Shown: piece after piece, positions 9,336-18,364 of the stretch | How positions within the stretch are numbered: the first letter of the stretch is position 1 | Layout of the letters: each line of letters begins with the position of its first letter | Virus record (IMG/VR): IMGVR_UViG_3300020045_001345 | Location: 13,920-77,919 of that record | From: a virus | Taxonomy: Duplodnaviria > Caudoviricetes | Reading direction: 5' to 3' (one strand) | DNA: 64,000 nucleotides | Notes under the pieces: generated by a model | The model's input: only the letters and a program-made list of their open reading frames with translations | Told to the model about the DNA's origin: nothing | The model's database searches: none | Program-made: the position numbers and the translations under genes

Positions 9336-9566
9336 ATGCACTGCAAAGACTGTAACCACTGGAAACCTTACCTAGAATTCTTTTACCTAGCTAAGCCAAA
9401 TAACTCTGCTGAACAATCAGGAGGCATGTGCACAAACCAACTTATTGATGAAGATTGTGGTAGTGAGTACAACTACTTAGAAAACTCACTCACCTACCCT
9501 TACCAAGAAGGTGGATATTTCTGGACAGGTGCTAAATTTGGTTGTGTTAATTTTGAGGAGAAATAA
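9336..9566 (+). CDS. Cys-rich hypothetical protein (possible Zn finger)
   Basis: CKDCNHW...C...FGCVNFE. Confidence 0.7.
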   Translation: MHCKDCNHWKPYLEFFYLAKPNNSAEQSGGMCTNQLIDEDCGSEYNYLENSLTYPYQEGGYFWTGAKFGCVNFEEK

Positions 9567-9776
9567 ATGGAAATTTCAGATAAAACACAAAAGTTTCTAA
9601 CGTCAGAGTACGGCTATGATTATTCGATAGACGACTACTTCCAAGACTTAGTAGATGAGCACAGTATTAGTTACGAGACAGTGGAACATCTAGCAGAGCT
9701 TCTAGGTGAGGAAGAACTCTTTGATGGACTTATTGTAGCTTGTGAAGATGCTTCAATTCGCACAGAAGGATTTTAA
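9567..9776 (+). CDS. Hypothetical acidic protein
   Basis: Operon packing, SD. Confidence 0.7.
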   Translation: MEISDKTQKFLTSEYGYDYSIDDYFQDLVDEHSISYETVEHLAELLGEEELFDGLIVACEDASIRTEGF

Positions 9777-9777
9777 A

Positions 9778-9912
9778 ATGTCAGCACAATTCACTGAGGG
9801 ATGGAATGACTACTACAGAAGTGGAGACTACCAGAACCCTTATGAGCCATACTCTACGTCTTATGAAGCGTATGACGAAGGATTTGAAGCAGCTAGAGAG
9901 GATGACGCATGA
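9778..9912 (+). CDS. 44-aa ribosome-modulation-factor (RMF)-like protein
   Basis: MSAQFTEGWNDYYRSGDYQNPYEPYSTSYEAYDEGFEAAREDDA*; pattern F.EG......G...NPY......Y..G+..A; AAGGA SD; ATGA overlap with the next gene. Confidence 0.55.
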   Translation: MSAQFTEGWNDYYRSGDYQNPYEPYSTSYEAYDEGFEAAREDDA

Positions 9913-10181
9913 CTGAAACACCTGAAATGTATTTATTCGTATTCCTAGCATCTCTTTGCGCTGTGTTCCTAAAGACATTTCAGCAATTCTCAGTAGCTAA
10001 GAAGAAGTACTTATGGATAACACCCGTATCTGTTCTAATGTGTATATTGGAAGTGTTCATAGTTGGTATGTATGTTAAGAATGGATTGTCATTGATTATT
10101 ATCATTGCTGGTATTGGGTCTGGAGTCGGATCTATGATAGGAATTTATGCTCATAGTAAGATTGAGGAATTAACTAAATGA
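9909..10181 (+). CDS. Small multi-pass membrane protein (DUF2179/DUF5698-like pattern)
   Basis: Three hydrophobic segments; LEVF and G.G.G.G..+G motif. Confidence 0.65.
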   Translation: MTETPEMYLFVFLASLCAVFLKTFQQFSVAKKKYLWITPVSVLMCILEVFIVGMYVKNGLSLIIIIAGIGSGVGSMIGIYAHSKIEELTK

Positions 10182-10624
10182 AAGCCCACAGCCTACACAC
10201 AACCACAACCTTCCGTGTACCTAAGAAGCCTCCCAAAACTGAAATAGAGAAGTGGAGAGTTCTCAAGGAAACTGTTATGGCTCTGGTTGTTGCTAACCCT
10301 CCTAAGCTTGGTGGCTCACTAGCAAGGAAGCAGCATAATAACCAGCTCTCTGTGCGCTTCAAAGATAGGAAAGGAGTTCCTAAATGGTATCCCTTCCAGA
10401 AATGGGGTAAAGGAGCTGAGTGGGATGTCACTACTAATCATTGTGAAATTATACTTCTTAGGATGTATGAGCAAAGGCTTGCAGAGCACACTCCAAATAT
10501 GTTATACCTTGCTAGGAGGGCTTCTTTGGAACAGATAAGAGACCTTGAAAAAGGTGTTGACATTGAGAAGAAGTTTGGTATAATAGATGTATTAGAAATT
10601 AATGAAGGAGAAGATGAAGAGTGA
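10178..10624 (+). CDS. Hypothetical protein
   Basis: ATGA overlap; operon packing. Confidence 0.7.
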   Translation: MKAHSLHTTTTFRVPKKPPKTEIEKWRVLKETVMALVVANPPKLGGSLARKQHNNQLSVRFKDRKGVPKWYPFQKWGKGAEWDVTTNHCEIILLRMYEQRLAEHTPNMLYLARRASLEQIRDLEKGVDIEKKFGIIDVLEINEGEDEE

Positions 10625-10634
10625 TTTAAAAGTG

Positions 10635-10663
10635 TTGACAAGCTCTTTAATATTTGTTACAAT
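10635..10663 (+). promoter_or_regulatory. sigma70 promoter (extended -10)
   Basis: TTGACA-17-TACAAT with TG at -15/-14. Confidence 0.85.
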
Positions 10664-10708
10664 AGTGGTTGTGTTAGTTTATTTAATTATCAATATTTAG
10701 GAGAATCT

Positions 10709-10999
10709 ATGAAATTTGCTATATTTGTGTTTAGCTGTGTTAATGTGTTTCTGCAAGCATTTTCAATCCAGTTGCTGTGGAATACTTGGTTGTTGCCAAC
10801 GTTTCCAATTACGTTTGCTCAAGCTATTTTAGTCCCTGTGGTTTATAGTTTAGCCACCTTTAAAATGGCAGATATGGTTAAAAATAATGCAGCTATGAAG
10901 GGCTATACTGACGAGGACGTGCTGACATTCTCAGTAGCATTTGCACTGGCATATGGAGTTGCTATCGGAGTGTTTTATGCTGTAAAAGCTTTTATGTAA
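10709..10999 (+). CDS. Membrane protein
   Basis: Three hydrophobic helices; AGGAG SD. Confidence 0.7.
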   Translation: MKFAIFVFSCVNVFLQAFSIQLLWNTWLLPTFPITFAQAILVPVVYSLATFKMADMVKNNAAMKGYTDEDVLTFSVAFALAYGVAIGVFYAVKAFM

Positions 11000-11088
11000 A
11001 AGAATATGTGGCAGCTTCTTTAAGCTGTAGCTGGCATAGCAGCTTTAGCAAATGCACTATGCACTAATATATTAAAGGAGAAGTATAA

Positions 11089-11736
11089 ATGGCAACAATT
11101 GATAATGTTTATTTCGCATATTGCAAAATCCAGTCACCAGTAGCAGCAATCAAAAAAGAGAATACAGAAGTATCTGTAAACTGTATTGTATCAGAAGATG
11201 ATGCTGACACATGGGCTGAGAACTGTCCTAACAACCCTGTAAAGTCTTACAAAAATGCAGCGTTTGAAGAGAAGTTCAAAATGAAACCTCCTTTTGAAGA
11301 TCAGAAAAAACAGTTTGTGTTATCTGTTAAGAAAATGATTAGTAAAAATGGTGTGGATTTGCCAGAGAAGTTCCGCCCGCGTGTGTTTGAAGTAATTGAT
11401 GGAGAAAATGTAGATATTACATTCCAAAAATTGGTGGCTAACGGAAGTCGTGGTAAACTCTCTTACAGTACTTATTCAGCCCCAACACCAGAAGGTACTA
11501 AGATTAACGCACAGCTTGTGGCTATTCTGGTAGAAGATATGATTGAGTATGTTCCTTCAGAGGGTGAAGGTGGTGACGGAGAGACTTCTGAAACTCCTGC
11601 TAATGCTTTTGGTAAGGTTGCTTTGGCAAGTGCTCCTAAGAATCAGGCAGCAGTTGTTAAGCAGACCGATGTGAAGCCTGTTAAGAAGGTTGCTAAAGTT
11701 GTACTGGAAGACGAATCAGAAGATTCTCCATTTTGA
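11089..11736 (+). CDS. Single-stranded DNA-binding protein (T7 gp2.5-like)
   Basis: Acidic C-terminal tail ending in Phe (LEDESEDSPF); position among replication genes. Confidence 0.7.
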   Translation: MATIDNVYFAYCKIQSPVAAIKKENTEVSVNCIVSEDDADTWAENCPNNPVKSYKNAAFEEKFKMKPPFEDQKKQFVLSVKKMISKNGVDLPEKFRPRVFEVIDGENVDITFQKLVANGSRGKLSYSTYSAPTPEGTKINAQLVAILVEDMIEYVPSEGEGGDGETSETPANAFGKVALASAPKNQAAVVKQTDVKPVKKVAKVVLEDESEDSPF

Positions 11737-11754
11737 TGTAAATAATTAGCACAA

Positions 11755-11790
11755 GCCCTATGCCAGTTTTGGTGTAGGGCATTTTATTTT
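11755..11790 (+). terminator. Intrinsic terminator
   Basis: GCCCTATGCCA-GTTT-TGGTGTAGGGC followed by ATTTTATTTT. Confidence 0.8.
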
Positions 11791-11800
11791 GAGGAGAGTT

Positions 11801-12610
11801 ATGAAACACATCGTATGTTATTCAGGTGGACATTCAAGTGCCTTGGTAGCTATAGAGGTTGTCCGTAGATTCGGAAAGGATAACGTTATTCTACTAAACC
11901 ACGATATTAAAGAGTCTAGTGAGGGTGCTGACATAAAGAGATTCAAACAAGAGGTTGCACAATACTTAGAACTCAGTATCACATATGCTAACCACTTGCA
12001 ATGGGACGAGAAAGATCAGTTTGATGTCTGCATAGATGCTAAAGCTTTTAAGGTTGGCAGTGGAACTGCCCTTTGTACAAATAGACTAAAAACTCAACCT
12101 TTCGAGAAATACCTAAAAGAACATCACCAAGAGAAAGATTGTATAATTTATTACGGGTTTGATAAGAATGAGGGTGCTCGTATCCAGCGCAGGATTGGAC
12201 ATTTAGGAGGTCTTGGATTTAAAACAGATTACCCATTAGCATTGTGGGATGTTAGAACTATAACCAGTACGAAACAAATCGGTATTGACCCACCTAATAC
12301 TTACGAGGATTTCAAACATGCTAATTGCGTAGGCTGTTTGAAAGCTGGACAACAACACTGGTATATTGTGTACATGAAGCGAAAAGATATTTGGGAGAAA
12401 GCTAAGAAAACTGAAGAGATAATTGATTATACAATAATGAAAAAAGATTCGCTAGAAGGGTTTGAACCTTTCTTTGAGAAGATGTACAGCATGGGAATAA
12501 CTACAACTGAGCATGAAAATCCAATGACCTTCTTTGCCAGAGTTAAAAAGATATTCAAAGAATTTGAGGCAGACGAAGAAGATGTAAAACCTTGTGAATG
12601 TGTATTTTAA
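11801..12610 (+). CDS. PAPS-reductase-like / PP-loop adenine nucleotide alpha-hydrolase family protein
   Basis: IVCYSGGHSS PP-loop, CTNRLK, HANCVGCLKAG, terminal CECVF; ATG at 11801 has a GAGGAG SD. Confidence 0.78.
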   Translation: MKHIVCYSGGHSSALVAIEVVRRFGKDNVILLNHDIKESSEGADIKRFKQEVAQYLELSITYANHLQWDEKDQFDVCIDAKAFKVGSGTALCTNRLKTQPFEKYLKEHHQEKDCIIYYGFDKNEGARIQRRIGHLGGLGFKTDYPLALWDVRTITSTKQIGIDPPNTYEDFKHANCVGCLKAGQQHWYIVYMKRKDIWEKAKKTEEIIDYTIMKKDSLEGFEPFFEKMYSMGITTTEHENPMTFFARVKKIFKEFEADEEDVKPCECVF

Positions 12611-12619
12611 GGAGTCGAG

Positions 12620-12805
12620 ATGGTGATAAATAAAGTTGATAAATTTACTTGGCATAGAGTGTTCGTACTCTTCCCGAAAGACACAGTTGATAATGAATTA
12701 GTATTCATGCAGAAAGTTTATCGTAGGTGGAATGTAGAGCTTGGTGGTTTTTGTGACTCTTCTGGTTACTCTGGTTCGGATGGTGGTTGGGAGTATAAGT
12801 TATGA
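12620..12805 (+). CDS. Hypothetical protein
   Basis: SD; ATGA overlap with the exonuclease gene. Confidence 0.65.
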   Translation: MVINKVDKFTWHRVFVLFPKDTVDNELVFMQKVYRRWNVELGGFCDSSGYSGSDGGWEYKL

Positions 12806-13821
12806 GTTACTTAATAATAGACGCAGATTATCTCGCCTACACTGTGGCTTCTGTATTCCAAGAAACTTACATTCTAGCCACACACCCAGAACTGAAAGAA
12901 CCTATTAGAGTTAAAAACAAGACAGAGCTTTGGGGAGAGTGGCGCAAGAAGAAAGGTGGTTGGATTGCTGAATACAATTCAAGGTTCTTTGCAAACTTAA
13001 AGCCAGAGGATTTCACATTAGTAGAGTATCAAGAACCACTGTGTATTAAAGCGGCTAAGAAGTCCCTAGACACCCGCTTACAAGGTTTGTTAGAAGAAAC
13101 TGGTGCGAGTAGCTATAAAGGATTTGTAGGTCGTGGGGATACATTTAGAAGCTCTCTAGCTACCTTGTTAGAGTATAAAGGAAACAGATCAGCATCAAGA
13201 CCTGTGCACTTGACAGAACTAAAACAATACCTTGTAGATAAACATAAATGTCGATGGGTTGAGGAAGTAGAGACAGATGATGCTGTAACAAGTAGTGGGT
13301 TTGCAGCATATAAGAAGTGGAAAGAGTCTGGCAAAGAGTCTGATAAGGGGATTATCGTGTTTGCTGATAAGGATCTAGTACAGACAGACTCGTGGCAGTA
13401 TCATGTTGGACAAAACAGTAAGCCAGAGCTTCGTGTTGGGCTTGGAAGTATTTATCGAGATGACAGTGGTAAGGTGAGGGGGTTTGGGAGGAAACATTTT
13501 TATTGGCAGGTTATGACATCGGATCTCAGTGATAATTTTTCAGCTTCCTGTTTCTCTGATATTAAGTGGGGGGATATCAAAGGCTTTGATTTATTGGTTG
13601 AGTGTAAAACTGATAAAGAGTGTTTAGAAGCTCTTGTGAAAGGTTTCAAATACCTCTATCCAGAGCCTAAAACAATTGTTGGGTGGAGGGGTGATAGCAT
13701 TAATATTGATTGGCTGTATGTGTTGACAGAATGCTTCAATTTGGCTAAGATGCTACGTACATTAGATGAACAGCCAACAAACGTAAAAGAAACTCTTGAC
13801 AAACTAAAGATTGCCTACTAA
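12802..13821 (+). CDS. 5'-3' exonuclease (T7 gp6/T5-FEN-like)
   Basis: LIIDADYLAY, YKGNR, VETDDAV, ADKDL, SDLSDN acidic catalytic motifs. Confidence 0.88.
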   Translation: MSYLIIDADYLAYTVASVFQETYILATHPELKEPIRVKNKTELWGEWRKKKGGWIAEYNSRFFANLKPEDFTLVEYQEPLCIKAAKKSLDTRLQGLLEETGASSYKGFVGRGDTFRSSLATLLEYKGNRSASRPVHLTELKQYLVDKHKCRWVEEVETDDAVTSSGFAAYKKWKESGKESDKGIIVFADKDLVQTDSWQYHVGQNSKPELRVGLGSIYRDDSGKVRGFGRKHFYWQVMTSDLSDNFSASCFSDIKWGDIKGFDLLVECKTDKECLEALVKGFKYLYPEPKTIVGWRGDSINIDWLYVLTECFNLAKMLRTLDEQPTNVKETLDKLKIAY

Positions 13822-13824
13822 ACT
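13796..13824 (+). promoter_or_regulatory. Putative sigma70 promoter
   Basis: TTGACA-17-TAAACT at the end of the exonuclease gene. Confidence 0.6.
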
Positions 13825-13854
13825 ACTCACAACATAACAAAAGGAGAACTAAAA

Positions 13855-14292
13855 ATGACACAGAATGAAATGACACCTTGCGAGAAATTAGGATACAAAG
13901 TAGGGGATGTATTTATAGTTGAAGAATCTTATGGTGGTGATATTCCATATAATGACAATCTGCATGTAGTTCTTGCAATAGATGATGGTACAGAATGTCC
14001 TAAATTTGTAGTTTTAGGAGCTAATTTAAGCTCTGATAAAATATCAAAACATGACTACATATACTTATATAATGTCGTAAAAGTTTCTGCAACCTCTGAT
14101 ACCACAGCACAAGACGTATTCACAGCTATCAAAACATTCCTCGCTAAACAGCCTGAGCATTTTCATGCAGATGTCGCGATAACTCCTACAAATTACATTG
14201 TGACACTAGTAGGTTTGGAGTTTAGCTGCGAGACAGATGAGAGATTATTAGAAGTTCTTAGTGCGCTGTCAGTGTTGTTTAAGGGGGATTAA
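13855..14292 (+). CDS. Hypothetical protein
   Basis: AAGGAG SD; TPCEKLGYKVGD start. Confidence 0.7.
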   Translation: MTQNEMTPCEKLGYKVGDVFIVEESYGGDIPYNDNLHVVLAIDDGTECPKFVVLGANLSSDKISKHDYIYLYNVVKVSATSDTTAQDVFTAIKTFLAKQPEHFHADVAITPTNYIVTLVGLEFSCETDERLLEVLSALSVLFKGD

Positions 14293-14294
14293 TT

Positions 14295-14495
14295 ATGGCT
14301 ACAATATCTAAGAAATCAGAACGTACACAAGCTAAGATTGAACTTCAAGTTGCTCTGGAAGAAATGCAACAAAAGATTCGACAAGATGTCACTATTAACA
14401 AGTGGAATATGAAGAAGTTGGTAGAATCCCAAACAATTCTGAAACGTAAGGCTGCTGAAATTCATCAGTTGATGCTAAGCTTGGATGTGTTGTAA
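14295..14495 (+). CDS. Hypothetical coiled-coil protein
   Basis: Heptad-like composition; operon packing. Confidence 0.65.
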   Translation: MATISKKSERTQAKIELQVALEEMQQKIRQDVTINKWNMKKLVESQTILKRKAAEIHQLMLSLDVL

Positions 14496-15001
14496 TGGCT
14501 GCTAATGGATTTACACACGAGTCACAAGCAGCTGAGTCAGTTTCTTGGTACACACCTAAGTGGGTATTTGATGAACTTTCACTACAGTTTAATTTAGATC
14601 CTTGTGCTCCTGTAGGTGGAGTACCTTGGATACCTGTTAAACAAGTGTATAGTTTACCTACAGATGGATTAAAAGAAACTTGGGATGGTTTAGTATGGTG
14701 TAATCCCCCTTACGGAAAAGAAACACCTAAGTGGCTTAAGAAGATGTCTGAGCACAAAAACGGGGTAGCTTTAGTGTTCTCTCGCACAGATGTAAAATGG
14801 TTTCATGATCACGTAGCTGGATCAGATGCTATACTATTTTTAAAAGGTCGTATCCAGTTTGTAGATGGTTTAGGTGTCACAGGAGGCTCTGGTAGTAGTT
14901 GTGGGAGTTTGCTTGCTGCTTGGGGAACAGAATCTGTGGAATCTCTCAAGAAAATGTCTGAAAGAGGCTTAGGATTTTTGGTGACTAACAATGGCTATTA
15001 G
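14495..15001 (+). CDS. Phage DNA N6-adenine methyltransferase (T1/HP1 Dam-type family)
   Basis: W.TP..+FD.L..QFNLDPCA, VWCNPPYG (NPPY), RTD..WFH. Confidence 0.9.
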   Translation: MAANGFTHESQAAESVSWYTPKWVFDELSLQFNLDPCAPVGGVPWIPVKQVYSLPTDGLKETWDGLVWCNPPYGKETPKWLKKMSEHKNGVALVFSRTDVKWFHDHVAGSDAILFLKGRIQFVDGLGVTGGSGSSCGSLLAAWGTESVESLKKMSERGLGFLVTNNGY

Positions 15002-15506
15002 AAATCCTAAGAAACCCGTAGAATTCTTCACATGGCTGCGCAGTGGGTTAAGGAAGATATCAAGAACTTATCCACCCATCTATAAGGCTCTGGCAGATGC
15101 TAAACGTCCTTATGTTGGGGATAATGCCAGACAACGAGTGTGCTATTTATGTGCTAAATGCCTGAAAACTTATAGTACAAAAGAAGTAGCTATTGATCAC
15201 AGAATAGATTGTGGAAGCTTGAAGTGTTGGGAGGATGTTCAGGGGTTTATGCAGAGACTATTCTGTGGTGTTGAGGGTCTTGACGTATTATGCCACACAT
15301 GTCATGATATTAAAACAGCACAGACACGATATGGACTCTCAGAAGAAGAAGCTAAAATCTTGAAAGAGGTAGCAGCTATTATGAAAGAGCCTAAAGAGGA
15401 TGTAATTCAATTTATCCTTGACAATGATTTTGATAACGTTTATAATACAAACAATGCAGCAAATCGTAAAGCTGCTGTAACAATGATTTTAGAGAATATA
15501 ACTTAA
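14991..15506 (+). CDS. HNH-family (EndoVII-like) endonuclease, possible resolvase
   Basis: CAKC...IDH..DCG...LDVLCHTCHDIKT. Confidence 0.75.
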   Translation: MAIRNPKKPVEFFTWLRSGLRKISRTYPPIYKALADAKRPYVGDNARQRVCYLCAKCLKTYSTKEVAIDHRIDCGSLKCWEDVQGFMQRLFCGVEGLDVLCHTCHDIKTAQTRYGLSEEEAKILKEVAAIMKEPKEDVIQFILDNDFDNVYNTNNAANRKAAVTMILENIT

Positions 15507-15517
15507 AGGAGATTAGA

Positions 15518-15742
15518 ATGGCAATGTTAGTAATGGTTGATGAAGACACAGTTAAACCAACACAATGGGGTTACGTTAATCAAGACAAGGATTTAGAGAC
15601 AGTCACAATTGATCCTAATGATACTGTTGTTGCTAAGATTGAACTGTATGGCCACCATGAAGTTTATATTTACACAAAAGATATTCCAAATCTTATTAAA
15701 GCTCTGCAGGCGGCATGCAATTCGATTAATAAAAACTTATGA
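15518..15742 (+). CDS. Hypothetical protein
   Basis: SD; operon packing. Confidence 0.65.
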   Translation: MAMLVMVDEDTVKPTQWGYVNQDKDLETVTIDPNDTVVAKIELYGHHEVYIYTKDIPNLIKALQAACNSINKNL

Positions 15743-16086
15743 CAACATACATACCAGATACTTGGGCAGTTGTTAAGATTAGACTAGCAGGCTCTAACAC
15801 AGCTCCTTACTACAAAATATTAGCAGGATGGCGAGGAGGCTATGCGACAGGAGATAGCTGGAAACTTAGTAGTGGATGTGAAGGTATTACAAAGGATGAG
15901 TTTGGTTGGCACATCCCTCAGTCTAGTGGTAGCTTGTACTCGTGCAGAGAATTTTCAGAGGGCTTAAGTGCTTACACTGAGAGTGTGTTTAAGGACATTT
16001 TTGATAAACTTACTAAAGATGATGTGTTTGAGATTGTCAGTGTTGAGGAGCTTGTTAATCATTTTAAGGGGAATAATATTGAGTAA
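15739..16086 (+). CDS. Conserved phage hypothetical protein
   Basis: Y.PD.W.VVKI...YKILAGW.GGY..GDSWKLSSG pattern. Confidence 0.7.
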   Translation: MTTYIPDTWAVVKIRLAGSNTAPYYKILAGWRGGYATGDSWKLSSGCEGITKDEFGWHIPQSSGSLYSCREFSEGLSAYTESVFKDIFDKLTKDDVFEIVSVEELVNHFKGNNIE

Positions 16087-16969
16087 GAACAATTGGAAGC
16101 AACAGGCAGTGGCTTTGATGAATACTAACACGTTATCGTGGAGAGAAATTGCTAGGGTGTTGGATAAAAGTCATAGTACGGTATCAGATTACTTGCGGAA
16201 GCAGTGTAGTATTGACGGAGAATATCAAGAGGTTAAGAAGGAGTTTGAGGGGAGTTTGTTTGTGAGTGGTGTTAATACACGTGATGATACACCTAAACAC
16301 GATAACTCTCGCATTCTAGTGCTATCAGACCTTCATGCACCTTATCATCATCCAGACACATTGAAATTTATTGACATGCTGCACAACCGCTACGCTTTCA
16401 CAAGGGTTATCTCGGTTGGGGATGAGCAAGATATATCAGCTAGTAGTTTTCATGACCACGATGTAGATATGCTAAGTGCTGGACATGAACTAAAAGAGGC
16501 TCAAAAGTTTATGAAAGAACTTGAGAGTCGATTTCCGGTAATGGATATCATGTCAAGCAACCACGGTGATTTATATTACCGCAAGGCTAAACACCATGGC
16601 ATACCTCTACATGTTATTAAGAGCTATAATGATGTGTTGTGTGTTGGTAAGGGTTGGAAGTGGCACAATGACCTAGTAATAGACCTGCCTACAGGAGAAC
16701 AAGTTTACTTCTGTCATGGGAAGAGTCAAAATGGTTTGAAACTCTCTCAGAATATGAGCATGAATTGTGTTCAAGGTCACTATCACAACTCTTTTAATAT
16801 CCAATATTGGAGCAGCCCACGAGCTTTATATTGGAGTATGCAAGTGGGGTGTCTTGTAGATGATAAGAGCTTGGCAATGAGTTATAATAAGCTTACTGTT
16901 AATAGGCCTATCATTGGGTGTGGTGTTATTATTGAAGGTATTCCTCAGTTGGAGGCTATGCCGTTATGA
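16079..16969 (+). CDS. Calcineurin-like metallophosphoesterase with N-terminal HTH
   Basis: SDLH, GDE, SNHG, CHG, GHYH motifs; LSWREIARVLDKSHSTVSDYL HTH. TTG at 16079 preferred over the track start at 15968. Confidence 0.85.
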   Translation: MSKNNWKQQAVALMNTNTLSWREIARVLDKSHSTVSDYLRKQCSIDGEYQEVKKEFEGSLFVSGVNTRDDTPKHDNSRILVLSDLHAPYHHPDTLKFIDMLHNRYAFTRVISVGDEQDISASSFHDHDVDMLSAGHELKEAQKFMKELESRFPVMDIMSSNHGDLYYRKAKHHGIPLHVIKSYNDVLCVGKGWKWHNDLVIDLPTGEQVYFCHGKSQNGLKLSQNMSMNCVQGHYHNSFNIQYWSSPRALYWSMQVGCLVDDKSLAMSYNKLTVNRPIIGCGVIIEGIPQLEAMPL

Positions 16970-17553
16970 TTGTAGACGACTTTAAGAATTCAAAAGGGTT
17001 GTGGGTAAAAGAAGTCGCTAAAACTGGTAATATCCGTAACTTTACTAGATCAGCTATATTTTATTGGAATATGATGTCACGGTGTGTTAAGGGTGGGAGT
17101 CAACAGGTTAAAAGACCTCGTTATGCGGGTGTGGAGTGTCTATTTAAAGATTTTCAAGAGTTCGCAGAATGGTGCCAATACCAAGTAGGATATTACACAA
17201 ATGGTTTTCAATTAGATAAAGATTTATTATCAGAAAACTCAAAAATATATTCTCCAGAAACTTGTGTGTTTATACCAATACAACTTAATACGTTACTAAT
17301 TAAAAGAGATTCAGATAGAGGTGAATATCCAGTTGGGGTGTGCGCCGCCAACAATAATTTTATGGCTCAATGTTCAGTAGGTAAAAATAGGCAGGAATAT
17401 CTAGGTGTTTTTGCAACACCTGAAGGAGCATTTCAAGCCTACAAAACTTTTAAAGAGGGTTTTGTCAAACAACAAGCTAATAAGTGGAAAGAACAAATCG
17501 ACCCGAGAGCTTATCAAGCTTTAATGGATTACGAAGTTCTTATAACTGATTGA
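16966..17553 (+). CDS. Free-standing homing endonuclease (HNH-like/AP2 type)
   Basis: W.NMM.RC, F..FAEWC, QLDKDLL....K.YSPETCVF+P..LN; paralog of 62747..63340. Confidence 0.85.
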   Translation: MIVDDFKNSKGLWVKEVAKTGNIRNFTRSAIFYWNMMSRCVKGGSQQVKRPRYAGVECLFKDFQEFAEWCQYQVGYYTNGFQLDKDLLSENSKIYSPETCVFIPIQLNTLLIKRDSDRGEYPVGVCAANNNFMAQCSVGKNRQEYLGVFATPEGAFQAYKTFKEGFVKQQANKWKEQIDPRAYQALMDYEVLITD

Positions 17554-17579
17554 CACTGCTCTACGAATAATGATATAAT
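17550..17579 (+). promoter_or_regulatory. sigma70 promoter (extended -10)
   Basis: TTGACA-18-TATAAT with TG. Confidence 0.75.
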
Positions 17580-17605
17580 AAACCTTTCAACACTAAGAGG
17601 ACAAC

Positions 17606-17887
17606 ATGCAACAAATAGTTATACAGTTACCGTCACTACCACTACAATTAATCTGTACCTCCACAGCACATATAGGCTTTTCACCAATGGGTTTGTTTAA
17701 AACAATTGTAGAATATCTCCCAACAGGTGAAATGGTTGTTATAGATGACACAGGTATTAAAATAGGTGAAACAGAGTATAAATATAACACAGGAATTGCT
17801 TACAAATCCGAGCCACTTCTGTTAAAATGGCTACAAGGCTTGCAGTTACAGATGCCTGCTTTTAACAACAGCCCTTTTGGGTTTTAA
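17606..17887 (+). CDS. Hypothetical protein
   Basis: GAGG SD after promoter. Confidence 0.7.
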   Translation: MQQIVIQLPSLPLQLICTSTAHIGFSPMGLFKTIVEYLPTGEMVVIDDTGIKIGETEYKYNTGIAYKSEPLLLKWLQGLQLQMPAFNNSPFGF

Positions 17888-17896
17888 GGAGAAACA

Positions 17897-18364
17897 ATGA
17901 TTACACAGAAAAGTTTAGGTAAGAACTACACGGCCACACAGAAGTTTAACGAGATTTCAGGAAACCTAGACAACATTACAACGCAGAGTATTGCCCTGCA
18001 ACTTGACCTTATTCAAGAGGAATACTTAGAAACTGTACAAGCCTATGACGATAAAAACATGCAAGAGATTTGCGATGGCGCTGCAGATATGTTTATAGTT
18101 GTTTGTGGGCTGCTACAGAAGCTTGACACACACGGCTGTGACATGGAAGAAGTTCTCAATCGTGTATGCGAGAATAACCTCTCAAAATATCCTCCTGTTG
18201 GAGCATCTGTACGGTATGATCCATCACACACTGTAACAGTTAATGAGAAGTATCAGGTTCAGGTTATCAAGGATGTTAATGGAAAAGTTCGTAAGCCTTT
18301 AGACTTCGTACCAGTTAATCTCTACGGGTGTATTCCTAAAACATTCTTTAAGGAGGCTCAATGA
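17897..18364 (+). CDS. MazG-like/PRA-PH-like all-alpha NTP pyrophosphohydrolase
   Basis: LIQEEYLET...EICDGAADM..V..G...V.ENNLSK. Confidence 0.8.
   Translation: MITQKSLGKNYTATQKFNEISGNLDNITTQSIALQLDLIQEEYLETVQAYDDKNMQEICDGAADMFIVVCGLLQKLDTHGCDMEEVLNRVCENNLSKYPPVGASVRYDPSHTVTVNEKYQVQVIKDVNGKVRKPLDFVPVNLYGCIPKTFFKEAQ

Noticed and set aside
15968-16078. Upstream extension of the phosphoesterase ORF
   Set aside because: Overlaps the preceding gene by more than 100 nt; TTG at 16079 has the SD and starts at the HTH.
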